A stretch of 64,000 nt of DNA. It comes from Octopus sinensis (Eukaryota). Under the pieces are notes generated by a model. That model saw nothing but the letters and a program-made list of their open reading frames with translations. It was not told the origin of the DNA and did no database searches. Location of the stretch: positions 118,358,001 through 118,422,000 of the forward strand of contig NC_042999.1 in NCBI RefSeq assembly GCF_006345805.1, read 5' to 3'. Of this stretch, positions 49,345 to 62,771 are shown piece after piece (the first letter of the stretch is position 1; each line of letters starts with the position of its first letter). The position numbers and the translations under genes are program-made.

Positions 49345-51547
49345 TAGTTTATTTACTAGAGAGGAATCTCTACTTGGCAAAGTGATCCCAGTCTTTTTAC
49401 CAATTATAGTCTGTAAACTCTATTACATGCACTGAGAGTCAGTTTCATCATGGGAAAGAGGCCATTAATCTTCTAGTAAAATAATTTAGCATCCTAGATG
49501 TCTTTAATTTGATTTGGCCACTTTACACTTTGAAGCTAGCTTGTCTGAAAAACATATCAATCATTTTTAGAAGAAACTAGTATTTCTCTGTATATCTACA
49601 ATTTTGTGTTGAAGAATATAAGCGTCCTTGTGAATACTTACCATATCTAAACAGTTCTTAATATAGAGGACTGCAAATTTATATTCTTTGATGCTAGTGT
49701 ACAACCACTAATTAAACAAACCATGATTGGTTCCTTTGAAACTGTCTTGAAATTTAGCTTTTGCTGCTTCAGACCAAATATTCGCTGACCTGACAATTTG
49801 TTTGATCATTTTAATAATCACCAATGAAGAATGTAGTTCACATGGTAATTTAAAATACTATTTTATGTTTACATTCTTCTAAAAAAAAATTCTCAGACAC
49901 CAGAATTAAGGAAAGTTGAGACTTGTATATTTTCTACTTATGTTACATTTATTTCCCACAGACATTCATCAAAACAATATTGTTAACTTCATTTTTCCTT
50001 GGCTTTTATAAGGAACACTTAATGAGTTTTCATATATTTCTTTGTTAGTTTATATTTTCCAATGTAGTTTATATCTTTGTACACAAATTAAAATTTTCTC
50101 TAAAAACCAATGTATCAGCAACAAAGTTTGACATTAAAACCACCAAGAGAGTTATGCCTATTAATTTTGCTAAATATTTTGTAGCGAAAGTGTGCAAAGA
50201 TATTATATACTTAACGTAAATGAATTTACTTGTTCATCAATATTAATTCTAAGTTGTAGCTAATGTGGCTTTATTACCCATGAGAATGGATGAAAAAGTA
50301 TCTCTGAGATCATAAGTACTTGTTAAAAAAGAGACATAACTCTTGAACAGTTCAAAAAACGAATAGCATTGGCTAAAGAAAACTCACCGAGAGCTTGATG
50401 ATATGACATCTGAGTAAATAATGAAAGTCTTTTTTTATTAAAATGATTCATGTATAGCAAAAATTTGCTAAAGCTATGGCAACAGAGATAAATCATTTTA
50501 TCAAAGTGATATATCTATATCTGAGATATATTCCTTATTTTCAGAGCAGATTTAAATGCGTGTAGTATGGAATCCTTTAGATAACAACATTCATATTATA
50601 AAAGATATTGATTATCAAGATTATGCTCAATAGCAGATACTGAATAAAGGTGACAAAGCCTACTTACTCTTGAAGCAATACAATAGAACAGGCTTGAATA
50701 TCACAAAACCATGAATGAATAGAAATAGTTTCTGTGATATTCATATATTCATACCTTTCTCTAAGATATAATTAGCAACGTAAGTGAAAGGAATTGGCTT
50801 TCATCAGAAAATGAACCTGTCGTGCTGTGTTGGTTTCCTGGAGACTAACATCTTACCCTATGACTCTTGCTACTGTTGTTTTAATTATCAATGAATCCAA
50901 TCTTGAGAACTAATTGATACAGTATCATTTCTCTAAAGGTATTAAATAAAGTAAATTAATGCTTCTTGCTAGAAAGGCAAACACAGTAAAATGGCCAAAG
51001 CAGGGTTTTAAATTCTTGACCTTGGGCTCAGTAAACTCTTAACTGATAACCTTAAAGCCATACTTGACACTCTTTCATAAATGAAATCAGTTTAAAATTT
51101 CTAATAAAAATATTTTTGAAATAATCTTAAAATGACATGACATCAAATCTTCGGAATTACATTTTGATATACTTTGAGATAGCATCATAGAAATTAGTCC
51201 AGCAATAAAACCATACTAAAGGGCTATTACTTTTGTGTTCAATGAGTTTAAAGTAATATTACTTTATCAATAGTTTTCTGCTTTTAGTTCTCTGAAGAGA
51301 AATCAGTTTGGTCAATGACAGCTGTAGAGATTTCTACTTATTCTATATCATCATTAATTCTCCCATCTCACTTTATTTGCAATCCCTTTTTCTTTCTTTC
51401 TTTCTTTCTTTCATTTGCTTTATTCTATAAGGAGATTGGTCTTAAGGGCTTTAATAGGCTTAAAACTCAGATAACAGGTTTAAGTCAATGTGGAAGTACC
51501 TGTGTATAATGTTAAGGAGTAAAGAATGTTCTTTTAGAAGTAAATTC

Positions 51548-51730
51548 ATCATCACCATCATTATTGATTTTTAACATCCACTTTTCCAAGCTTGCAAGGA
51601 TCAGATAGAATTTGTTGAGGTAGATTTTCCACAGCCAGATGCCTTTACTATCACTAACCCTAATCTGTCATCAAGCAAAGTAACATTTCCTCATAGTGAG
51701 ATAGGTTTTTCATGGAAGACCGGAAATGGA
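51548..51730 (-). mobile_element. Degenerate RTE-tailed SINE variant
   Basis: (ATC)n-tttaacatccacttttcc...cagccagatgccttt. Confidence 0.55.
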
Positions 51731-52853
51731 CAACATCAATTATATGACAAGCTTGTTTATAAATTTCCCATAATATCAAGACAAGGGTACATGCATGCAT
51801 ACACATACACACACGCACACAAACATACACATTAAATGAAAGTATGTGGCTTTGTGGTTAAGGTGCTTCTTACATGATTGCAAAACTTGTTTTGATGCCT
51901 GAATCAGGCAATGCTTGAAATATGACACAGGTGCTCCAGGCTTATCCCTTCTTTGTCAAGTAGTCAGTAATATAGGACCCAAGGTACTTAAAGTCACTAA
52001 TCTCTTTGAGCTGTGTGCCATTGCTGGGACAAATTGGCAGTTGCCAAATAGTTACATACATAATAAAGAGAACTAATTTATGTCTGCCCCAAATGCATTA
52101 ACATGTCATTTGCATGATGTTTTGTAATTCTAGATATTAATTAAACAGTCATTACCCACATAGATTTTGCAGTGCAGAAAGTTGAAATTTTGGTATTTAT
52201 GCTTTTCCCAAGAACATTAGCTTAGTGTAATTGATACAATCAGAAATTTAATCTGTGCTCAGGACTTGCAGTTTCCTACCTATAACTGCGTGCCACAGAG
52301 TTAGAGTACATATTAATTGTCCTTTTTTCCTTCCATTTACATATATTTTACTATATATTAGAATGAGAGATATAGGCTCATGAAAAAATTTGCAGAGTAT
52401 CCATCCAAATGTTTTTAATAATTTGACACTTCAAAAATTAATGCTATGCAATAACAATAGAACCTGGTGTAAGCACATTATATGCTTTCACTATAGCTAA
52501 AACATAATAATTGTTTCACTGAATTAAAGCATTCCATTTCAACTTATAATTGTTTGAGAGAACCAACTGAATTAAGCTCCAATGTCTGCTTTGGAATGGC
52601 TTCTACTGCTGGATGCCCTTTCAATGCTACCCATTTTACAGAGTGCAGTGGGTGCTTTTTGTATGGAACATATGATACATATATGTATATATCTATATAG
52701 ACACACATACACACACACACCTGCACACCTACACACAAGCACATATATAATGCATATATATATATGTATATATATATACATACCGGAGTAAACACATAAA
52801 TGTGAAACAAGGTGGAAAAAAGAGTACTCAAATACCAGAGATAGAGTAATATG

Positions 52854-52904
<51 letters not shown>

Positions 52905-52980
52905 ATGAGGGAATATTAATCCAAACTTACAGGGAAAAATTCAGTTTAGAAATGCTAAATCAAATTTCACAAAATATAAT

Positions 52981-53308
52981 ATATATATATAAAATTAGAA
53001 AAAAACACCCTTTATCAATTGAATAATGAAAAATTAAATTATACCATTTAGAAAATTACATATAGAAAGATTAAATATAAGATAAAACATATAACAATGA
53101 TATATTAAAATGTATATATTTGGTATATATTTTATATACCAAATATATACGTATTATTTATTATTTTGCATATTAATTAATCATTGTTATATGTTTTATC
53201 ATATATTTAATCATATATTTTATCATATATTTCTATAATATGTAATTTTTCTAAATGATAGAATTTAATTTTTCATTATTGAATTGATAAAGGGTGTTTT
53301 TTTTTCTA

Positions 53309-53322
<14 letters not shown>
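52981..53322. repeat. AT-rich foldback with ~130-bp arms and a central 18-bp perfect hairpin
   Basis: aaattagaaaaaaacaccctttatcaattgaataatg... versus ...cattattgaattgataaagggtgtttttttttctaattt; centre gtatatatttggtatata-ttt-tatataccaaatatatac (53112-53150). Confidence 0.85.
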
Positions 53323-53348
<26 letters not shown>

Positions 53349-53534
53349 CAGGAACGGCAGTAAGTTAATAAAGCTGATTACATAACTCCCATTGTTTTGT
53401 CATTCATTTACTTTCATATTACAAGTAAACTCTGTACTCAACTAATGCTTTGGGCTGAAGCATATGCATACTGAGTTATGCCACCAGGTTATTAGTATCC
53501 TATGTATGTGAAAGCAAAATCTTAAAGTATCAAT

Positions 53535-53655
53535 GTATGTATGTATGCATGCATGTATGTATGCATGCATGTATGTATGCATGCATGCATGTATGTATGC
53601 ATGTATGTATGTATGCATGTATGTATGTATGTATGTATGTATGTATGAATGAATG
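53535..53655. repeat. (ATGT)n/(ATGC)n mixed tetranucleotide microsatellite
   Basis: Read directly. Confidence 0.95.
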
Positions 53656-54069
53656 CACTTCAATTTCTCAAGTAAAAAACAGAAATAAATTTCAGTCTTT
53701 CAGTCTGGTCAAAAGCAGTTTTATTTATACAAATCTAGAAATACAGATTACTCTTATCTCGAAAATGTATTTAAGAATGTGAATGATAACAGAAACTTGC
53801 TTTCTACAAGATTAATTAACATGTTGGTAAAATATCAAAAGTAACTCTTGTTTATTGAAATAAAATTTAAATTATATATCTTAAAGATATTAACTAATTA
53901 ATAGTTCTATTTTTTACAAGATGAATAAAATTTATTTTCCTGTCTTGCACTCATTTGGCTTGTGATTTGATTTGAGATTATGTGTTGCCATTGGTGATAG
54001 TCACTGAAACTATTAAAAAGCCATGCACTACGGCATGACTTTAATTTAATTATTTTGTAATAATGATAA

Positions 54070-54290
54070 TCATCATTATCATCATCATCGTTTAACGTCC
54101 GTTTTCTGCACTAGCATGGGTTGACGGTTTGACCAGGGTCTGGGAAGCCAGGAGGCTGCACCAGGCTCCAGTCTGATCTGGCATTGTTTCTACAGCTGGA
54201 TGCCCTTCCTGATGCCAAACACTCTATGAGTGTAGTGGGTGCTTTTTACATGCCATTGGCACTGGAGCCAGAGGAGGCTGGCAGTAGCCA
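54070..54290 (-). mobile_element. RTE-tailed SINE
   Basis: (ATC)n-gtttaacgtccg...ctacagctggatgcccttcc...gagtgtagtgggtgctttttac. Confidence 0.85.
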
Positions 54291-55453
54291 CGTGTATTTT
54301 AAGAAAAAGGGAGGATGGTGGATGAATAAAGTCTTCAGATCATTGGTAAAATGCCTCGCACTAGCTCTTTATATTCCAATTTCTATACCCACTGATGTCA
54401 GTTTTGTGTTTTATCATTCTGTATTGACAAACCCTTTCTCCTTGTGGTTGCTGTCCTTGTATTTATATTAGAATTGATTATAAGTATAAGTGGTGAATTG
54501 ATTAAGTTATTAAAGAGTTGGATAAAATGCATTGTGGCATCTGTTCCACTTTTCTGGATGCTGAGTTCACATCTGGTCATCGTCAGCTTTGTTTTACACC
54601 CATTTAGAATTGATAAAATATCGCTCTAGGGTGGTAGAGTGGTGAAGTTGTTAAAGTATCAGATGAAGTACTTTGTGGTATGTGTTGTGGCTATTTGCAA
54701 ACTGAGTTCAAACTCCACCTATTATCACCAGTGTCTTTGAAGTAAGAGACAGGTCCTTTGAGTTATTGGTAATTGGCTTCAGTATCAGACAAGGTGATCT
54801 ATGAATGGAGCAATATTGCTGAATAAAAGCAAGTGAACTTCACACAAAATACTATAAATATGAGAACAAAAAGAACTATTTTGTTGGTATAATGTCTTTT
54901 ATTGTACTCTTATTTTTTATTTTGTTACTGATATTCCATTCCACTATATATTTTTTTTTTCTTGCAAAAATAAACTTTTATATATTTCTGAAAGATAATT
55001 GCTTTTTAGTACCTGCTATCACAATTCTTTGTGTTGCAAGATTCTTATTTATTCATACGTTTTATATGTACTTTTATTCTTCTTTTACCTATGGCACTGT
55101 CTGAAGAGTTTTTATTCAATTATATTGCCCCAATTATATTGTCTGTTACTTAATTCATCATTTCTGTAAGCTATGAAATACAAAACAAACAATCATAGAG
55201 GGGAAAATAACTAGATCAGGTATGAATATGACAAGATATATATCTCACTGCATCATTTCTTATGTTTTCTTCTTGGAAATTACTGACTATTTGACTTTGG
55301 AGAGTCATTCCCAAGACAAAAACAGATGGTTAATATACAGAAGAAATCTGTATGAATGAATTTTATTTTGTGGGTGCTGTTACTGTTAGCTTCTCTGGTG
55401 CATCTACTACATATAAAATCTTCCTTCTCAGAAAACCTTCCCTGTCAACCTAC

Positions 55454-55581
55454 GTTTGTGCATCCAGATTATACATTGAAGATACTGCTTGGAATTCCTC
55501 TTGACTCTTTTTCTGCATATCAAGCTTGGCTACTTCCAAATTACAGAAGAAATCAGTAACTTCAAAGGCCGTATAACAATA
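55454..55581 (-). CDS. Candidate exon (YCYTAFEVTDFFCNLEVAKLDMQKKSQEEFQAVSSMYNLDAQ)
   Basis: Acceptor cttcttgtttag and donor AAC|gtaggt; 128 nt open. Confidence 0.25.
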
Positions 55582-55683
55582 CTAAACAAGAAGCTTCTCT
55601 CTTGGATTGGTTTATAGACATCAAAGGCTAAAGGATGAGCCCTAGCAGTAATGGGTTGCTGTAGGGATGTGCCCTTGATATAC

Positions 55684-55774
55684 TATCAGCAAACTGATAA
55701 ATGAATTAACACCAGGTTCGTCTTTCTCAGTTTCTGAATAAACAATGACTCCTTTAAGAATGACAAGGTGTTCC
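55684..55774 (-). CDS. Candidate exon (EHLVILKGVIVYSETEKDEPGVNSFISLLI)
   Basis: Acceptor atcttatcttttcttaaag and a weaker donor ATA|gtatat; 102-nt intron to 55581. Confidence 0.18.
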
Positions 55775-57052
55775 CTTTAAGAAAGATAAGATGTTCCTAA
55801 ATCTCTAGATAAAAAATATGGAGTTACATTTTCTTATCATATAAATTCTCCTTTATTATCTTACACATTCAACAATAGATCACTACAGCCAACAAAGAAG
55901 AGCTTGCATACAATGTATACATGTATAGCATTGTCATAATTTGCCTATAGAAATATACATGATGAGCTGCTTATGCAGGAGACATTTGGGAGATGTATTC
56001 TTATAGCATTATCAACAAAGAAAAATGAAACAAATGCTGCCATTTTCTCCAAAGGCCCTTAACATCTGAATCAGTTTTGAGAAAAGTACTGAGCATATCA
56101 CTGAGTGGTATGGAAAACTTAGCAACTTTTGTTCTCTCTTACTGAAGCCCTTGCAAAGAACTCACAGAAGTAAATATTGAACATTTTCTATCTGGAACTA
56201 TCTAACATAATCAGGGCAGGAACATTAATCCTGGTCCACTATGAATATTAAAAGAAACATCATTTCAATTATGATCACACTTAATGAAGAATATAATGAA
56301 ACAATAGAAGCACACACCAAGATGCAAATTGAAGAAATCGATGGCCACCACATGAGAAAAAAGTATACTTCTACTTGAGTACCTCTAAAGGAACTTATCA
56401 GTATGGAAGCTTCTCAGTAATGATAAAACTATACATAAACACAAACTGTATTCACACATAATAATGTTCTATATATTTCACACACTTACAGATTTTACTT
56501 TATTTGATATACAACTATTTGTTTCAATTCTATTTATTTATTTTGTATACATATTACTTTAGATTGTCAACTGGTGCTCATTCTCTATGCACTTAAATTC
56601 TTATATTTATATTTTCTATATTATCTCACTTTGTCTCAGTCTCTCACATATTTGCTTCCCTCTCTCTCACTCTTCACACTCACTCTTGCTTCCATTCTCT
56701 CTTTCTCTTCACCTCTCTTCCCATCTCTCTTCCTACTATTATATTCACAAACTCAGGCACATACACATACCATTAAGTTTTAATATCTTTTTAAGCTGTT
56801 TCAGGATTTTCTTTCCTGAAAATTACAACTTAAATATAGTTTATCTTGACAAATTTGAGAAGCCAAAAAAATTACAAAAGAATATTTCATAAAAGATCTA
56901 TCACACACACACACACACACATGTATGTGTGTGTGTGTATCTATATTTCACTTGTACATATACACATACATACACATCCTTTCCCTTTCATACTTGCATA
57001 TATTGATGTATATGCATCTATCTGTGTCTATGTGTGTTTACATTTATATATA

Positions 57053-57111
<59 letters not shown>

Positions 57112-57815
57112 GAGTGAGAAAGAGTGCTGATAGAATATATATATATATATATAAAGTTTTTGAAGGGTGGTCAGATATCTTGAAGAAACATTATTGATTA
57201 CTGAGAAAGTTAAAGAAAAAAAGTGAAAAATATAAGCAAAAAGAATGGTTTATAAGTAAATTGATTGTTATGCTTACCAATATACATCAATAGATATTGC
57301 TTAGACCCAAATATAGAAATTTTATATACATTTCTTTAATATCAGCTGAATTTTCTGATATATAACATTGATTTTCAATATATGTGATATTATGTATTTC
57401 CATTAAAAATACTAAAGCAATTTGATTCTGTGTGGTGTGATTAGAAGGAATACTAACTCCTTAGCTTGGGAGAAGAAGAGCTCAGATTTTAAAAGCTAAA
57501 GTCTCTGGTGGGGTTCTGCTCCAAAGTTGATGAGAAATAGTCTGATGTTGATTTGTAGGAATAAAGTTTGCTGTTTTAAAATGAATTCCTTAATTCTCTT
57601 TATAACAAAAGCGTATTTTTTTTTTATTTTTCTTCATAAATATCATGTAAAATATAAAAGAATAAGAGCTAGTAGTATTATGACTGTATGTCAGTGCAAG
57701 CTGTTGTGGAATAGATTTTTTGGAATAGCAATTCAATAAGACATGTCAGATTTAGTGGACAATCTATGCTGTTGGGCAAAAATTCTTACAATTGCTATTT
57801 ATTTTCCCCCTTTAG

Positions 57816-57870
57816 CTTCTGTCTTCAATGTTTCTATGACTGGATTATGGGCCCTTCTCTTTTTGGAATG
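57816..57870 (+). CDS. Candidate 55-nt exon (FCLQCFYDWIMGPSLFGM or SVFNVSMTGLWALLFLE)
   Basis: Strongest splice pair in the window: tttattttccccctttag and ATG|gtaaga; two frames open. Confidence 0.35.
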
Positions 57871-57944
57871 GTAAGATGAGATCTAATAGATATTTAACTG
57901 CTATTCTCAGTAACTGCATAGAGGTTGCTGCTTGTCAGCCATCT

Positions 57945-58345
57945 TCTATCTTGTATCTTTTATCGTTTACTTGTTTCAGTCATTAGACTGTGGCCATCCT
58001 GGGGCACCACCTTGAAGAGTTTTTAGTTGAATAAAGCACCCTCAGTACTGTTTTTCTTTTAAATATATATTTAAGCCTGGTACTTATTCTGTCGATCTTT
58101 TTTGCCAACCCACCAAGTTACAGGGACATAAACAAACCAACACCTGTTGTCAAGCAGTGGTGGGTGACAAACACAGACACAACACACACACACACACACA
58201 TGACAAGGGTTCTTTCAGTTTCTGATTACCAAAGCCACTCACAAGGCTATGGTTGGCCTGAGGCCATAGTAGAAGTCACTTGCTCCAAGGTACCATGCAG
58301 TGGGACTGAACCCAGAACCATGTGGTCGGCAAGCATATCCATTCC
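57945..58345 (-). mobile_element. tRNA-headed CORE-type SINE (OR2-like)
   Basis: Reverse complement matches 9439-9845. Confidence 0.85.
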
Positions 58346-59116
58346 TGTACCTATGTATCTTTTTTTTCTTTTTTGGTTAAGATTCCAAATGCTACTTAGA
58401 ATAATATTTTGCTCTCGGGAACAAGTAACAAGCAGTTCTGAGATTGGTAGTTACTTGCAAATAAGAGAATACCTTCTGTAGAGAACTATTTCTCTTTCAT
58501 CTGTTTAATACTATAGAAACATGCATTAAGCCATAATCTATGGCCATAAAGCTTCTGAAATGTATTAATACATACTTCTGCATATAGATTGTCTGTGTTT
58601 ACAGACAGAGTATATTATTACAGGAAGCCGTAAGGATTACAGAATTGCAGCGTTTAGGATTGTACTTTTTTTTAATATACATTTTATGCAGTTAAGTTAC
58701 TGATATTTAACCCTAGATCTGCTCAGCCAATCTATGATCAAAAGACATTCCATCTGTGAACATGCTTTTTTTTATGGATAATGTATCTAAAATCATGATA
58801 TCTACCTTTTTAAAATGGTAAAGTGTGGTCTGAGGGAAACTTTGCTATTTTTGGTTTGCCTTCAATTAGAATGATATAGATATGTTGATTACCATTTTAT
58901 ATCCATATTTCCATGATCAGATTCCTCTCATCCTGGCATTAAACCTTTTAATGACCTCATAGGACAAGCAAGATCAGGGAGTGCCTATTGTAAAACCAGA
59001 ATATATACAGCTTGGAAAGACAGCAATGGAAGATGTAGATTATTGGGTCAGAATAGATCAGAACTCGTCTGCTTAGAAATTTGGGATTTGTACTCTTTTA
59101 GTATAATGATGTGTAT

Positions 59117-60803
59117 CATCATCAGCATCATCATCATCATTTAACGTCCGCTTTCCATGCTAGCATGGGTTGCACGGTTCAACTGGGGTCTGGGGAGCCC
59201 GAAAGCTGCACCAGTCCAGTCAGATCTGGCAGTGTTTCTACAGCTGGATGCCCTTCCTAACGCCAACCACTCCGAGAGTGTAGTGGGTGATTTTATGTGC
59301 CACCGACACAGGTGCCAGACGAGGCTGGCAGACGGCCACGCTCGGATGGTGTTTTTTATGTGCCACCGACACAGGTGCCAGACGAGGCTGGCAGACGGCC
59401 ACGCTCGGATGGTGTTTTTATGTGCCACCGACACAGGTGCCAGATGAGGCTGGCAAATGGCCACGATCGGATGGTGTTTGTTACGTGCCCACAGCACGGA
59501 GGCCGGTCGATGCGGTACTGGCTACGGCCACGTTCGGATGGTTTTCTTGTGTGCCACGTGCCACCGGCACTGGTACCACAAAGATACAAATTCCATTGAT
59601 GTTCATCTATTTTGATTTGTTTTGATTTTCACTTGCCTCAACAGGTCTTCACAAGTGTCACAAGAAGGAAGGTATGCACAGGTGGACTGACTACGTCCCA
59701 GGTAGGGGCCACAGGTTATGGCCTGACTAGTCTTGCCGGGTCTTCGGATGGTGTTTTTACGTGCCACCGACACAGGTGCCAGATGAGGCTGGCGAACGGC
59801 CACGATCGGATGGTGTTTGTTATGTGCCCACAGCACGGAGGCCAGTTGATGCGGTACTGGCTAGGGCCACGTTCGGATGGTTTTCTTGTGTGCCACCGGC
59901 ACTGGTACCACAAAGATACAATTCCATTAATGTTCATCTATTTTGATTTGTTTTGATTTGATTTGATTTGATTTGTTTTGATTTCATTTTGATTTTCACT
60001 TGCCTCAACAGGCCTTCACAAGTATCACAAGGAGGAAGGTATGCACAGGTGGACTGACTACGTCCCAGGTAGGGGCCATGGGATATGGCCTGACTAGTCT
60101 TGCCGGGTCTTCGGATGGTGTTTTTATGTGCCACCGACACAGGTGCTAGATGAGGCTGGTGAACGGCCACGATCGGATGGTGTTATGTGCCCACAGCACG
60201 TTGGCCAGTCGATGCGGTACTGACTACGGCCACGTTTGGATGGATTTCTTGTGTGCCACAGGCACTGGTACCACACAGATACAAATTCCATTGATGTTCA
60301 TCTATTTTGATTTGTTTTGATTTGATTTGATTTGATTTGTTTTGATTTCATTTTGATTTTCACTTGCCTCAACAGGCCTTCACAAGTATCACAAGGAGGA
60401 AGGTATGCACAGGTGGACTGACTACGTCCCAGGTAGGGGCCATGGGATATGGCCTGACTAGTCTTGCCGGGTCTTCGGATGGTGTTTTTATGTGCCACCG
60501 ACACAGGTGCTAGATGAGGCTGGTGAACGGCCACGATCGGATGGTGTTATGTGCCCACAGCACGTTGGCCAGTCGATGCGGTACTGACTACGGCCACGTT
60601 TGGATGGATTTCTTGTGTGCCACAGGCACTGGTACCACACAGATACAAATTCCATTGATGTTCATCTATTTTGATTTGATTTGATTTTCACTTGCCTCAA
60701 CAGGTCTTCACAAGTGTCACAAGAAGGAAGGTATTCACAGGTAGACTGACTAGTCTTGCCGGGTCTTCGGAAGGTGTTTTTATGTGCTACCGACACAGGT
60801 GCC
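59117..60803 (-). mobile_element. RTE-tailed SINE whose 5' part has expanded into a higher-order tandem array
   Basis: Tail at 59117-59295; ~62-bp unit x3 (59295, 59358, 59420); higher-order units start at 59420, 59759, 60126, 60490 and 60782. Confidence 0.9.
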
Positions 60804-61271
60804 AATTAATATTACTCTCTTAGTGGAAAGGCTAATCATTATCTTAATAAATAACTCTGGTCAAGAGAGACAGGGAACAACTCAGAGAACTTGAAGTAAC
60901 TTAAAAAATCAATTCAATATAGAATGCAGTGGAGTATGAATCTGCTTTTTGGCAAAGGTGTATCAACAAACAGTGATGATGTTTCAATCTTATTTTACCT
61001 CTTTACCAAAGCACATTGTAACCAATACTGCTGATCTTCAAGGACTAGACAAATGTATGTACAGACCTACTATTGGAGATAAGCTCTTTCTCAGTGGATT
61101 ATTTCATATATGAAAAATAAATTGCAAGAATATATCCAAAACAACTGTACTATCGTGCTAAAAAGAAATCTGAGCTTTTCATTGTCAAGACTATTATCTC
61201 CAATAAAAACCATTCTCACTCTTTAGTACATCCCACATTGTAGTTGCCATCAATGTCATCATAGTTGCCAT

Positions 61272-61460
61272 TAGTGTCCTCTTTTTCTTCATCTTCCTCT
61301 TCTTCTTCTTCCTCCTCCTCCCATCTCCTCTTCCTTGCCCTTCTCTTCCTCCTCCTCCACTTCCTCCTCATCCCTCCTCCTCATCGTCGTTGTCGTCGTC
61401 CTCACCCTCCTCTTCCTTGCCCTTCTTTTCCTCTTCCTCCACTACCTCCTCCTCCTCCAT
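61272..61460. repeat. (CCT)/(CTT) polypyrimidine low-complexity tract
   Basis: The minus-strand Glu-rich frame breaks by a stop and frameshifts. Confidence 0.85.
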
Positions 61461-62211
61461 AATGTCACAAATTTTATCAGCATTTTGCTCTGATTTTCTC
61501 TCCACATTCACCTTTTACTATGTACTTCTGTCTATTGACAGTTCCTGACACAGTGTTATGTATGCATGAAGAACAAAACACTGATTGCTCACTAAATGTA
61601 TTTAGCTCTCTGTATGCTGTTACTGAACTGTTAGCAGCAGAAGAAACAGCCTGCAGTTAACTAAATAATAAAAAAAAAAAATATTTGATGCTATGCAAAT
61701 GTCTAATGAACTGGGACATACAGAATTAGATATTTTGAATATAAGTGCTAGGAAGTGCTGGTAAAATGATATAAGCAGGTTAACTGTGTGACTAATACAT
61801 TTGTATCATACTGGGAAGATGTCTAATTCCACAAAATTTATTCAAAATAGTATTAGAATGAAATTCTCCAAAGATGTTAAAATAACACAATAAAAGTTTC
61901 TCTTTCTGTTGTTGCAATAAGGAAAAAAGAGTTAAAGAACAAAATTGAGATAAAGTAAACAGAATTAAAGATACACAATGTTTCACAGTATTGTCACATG
62001 GTCTGTTGGAAGATGGAGAAATATTTAAGGAGGGTGAAATATCGAAGAAATGGAGGTGAAGTGGAGTGGAGATTTTCTTTATCTTCAATGTCTAAAGGGG
62101 AAAAAATCTTTCTCATTATAACTAAGCTGGTGGTCAGTTCTATGTCGGAATATTTCTGGTTCACTACATCTAATCAAGATGATGTTTCATAATGGAAAAA
62201 CCATGGAGATA

Positions 62212-62250
<39 letters not shown>

Positions 62251-62559
62251 CATAAGGGACAGAGAAATGAGAAAATAAAAGATTATTTCCATCTTATTTT
62301 CAACTTTTGTTTTTAATTTTCTGTTTCCTTTCCTTGGTCTTACTAACACAAATATTATTATATTTTTCTCCTTTATTTTTCTTATGCGATCAATATTTTG
62401 AAGAGGAAAAATATAAAGAATAAAACAGATGTCACTATATTACTAGCACTTGTTTTATCAACCCTTGAAGGGGAAAAAGGACAATGTTGAATCAGCTGGA
62501 ACTCAGAATGAATATGAAATTGGTTATAGTCAGTTATCTAATTGTTAGTGTCTTTGTGT

Positions 62560-62771
62560 GATTTAATACGGTTATATCTGGTCCAAACATTCCATCTGTT
62601 TTATGTTAAAACTGACCAGATCCAATCTCTCATACCTACCCTATAGTGTCATTCTAAAAATATAAAAATACACCATTGAAATCCTGAAGTTAGAAAATAA
62701 TGCATGATTAATTCAAAACCATGTGAATAAATAAGCAATTTATTTGACAGAATAATCTAAATGCTAAAGGG
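62560..62771. mobile_element. Possible piggyBac-type MITE, right part only
   Basis: Ends aatgctaaaggg|TTAA; the matching left terminus is not found. Confidence 0.4.

Noticed and set aside
55356-55559. 67-aa ORF with a signal-peptide-like N-terminus (MNFILWVLLLLASLV)
   Set aside because: Hydrophobic starts are common in T-rich DNA; there is no promoter or homology support, and it overlaps a competing minus-strand exon candidate.
59295-60803. CRISPR array (also considered for 10775-10945 and 46330-46580)
   Set aside because: Eukaryotic context, no cas genes, the spacer-like parts are themselves repeated, and the arrays are attached to a SINE tail.
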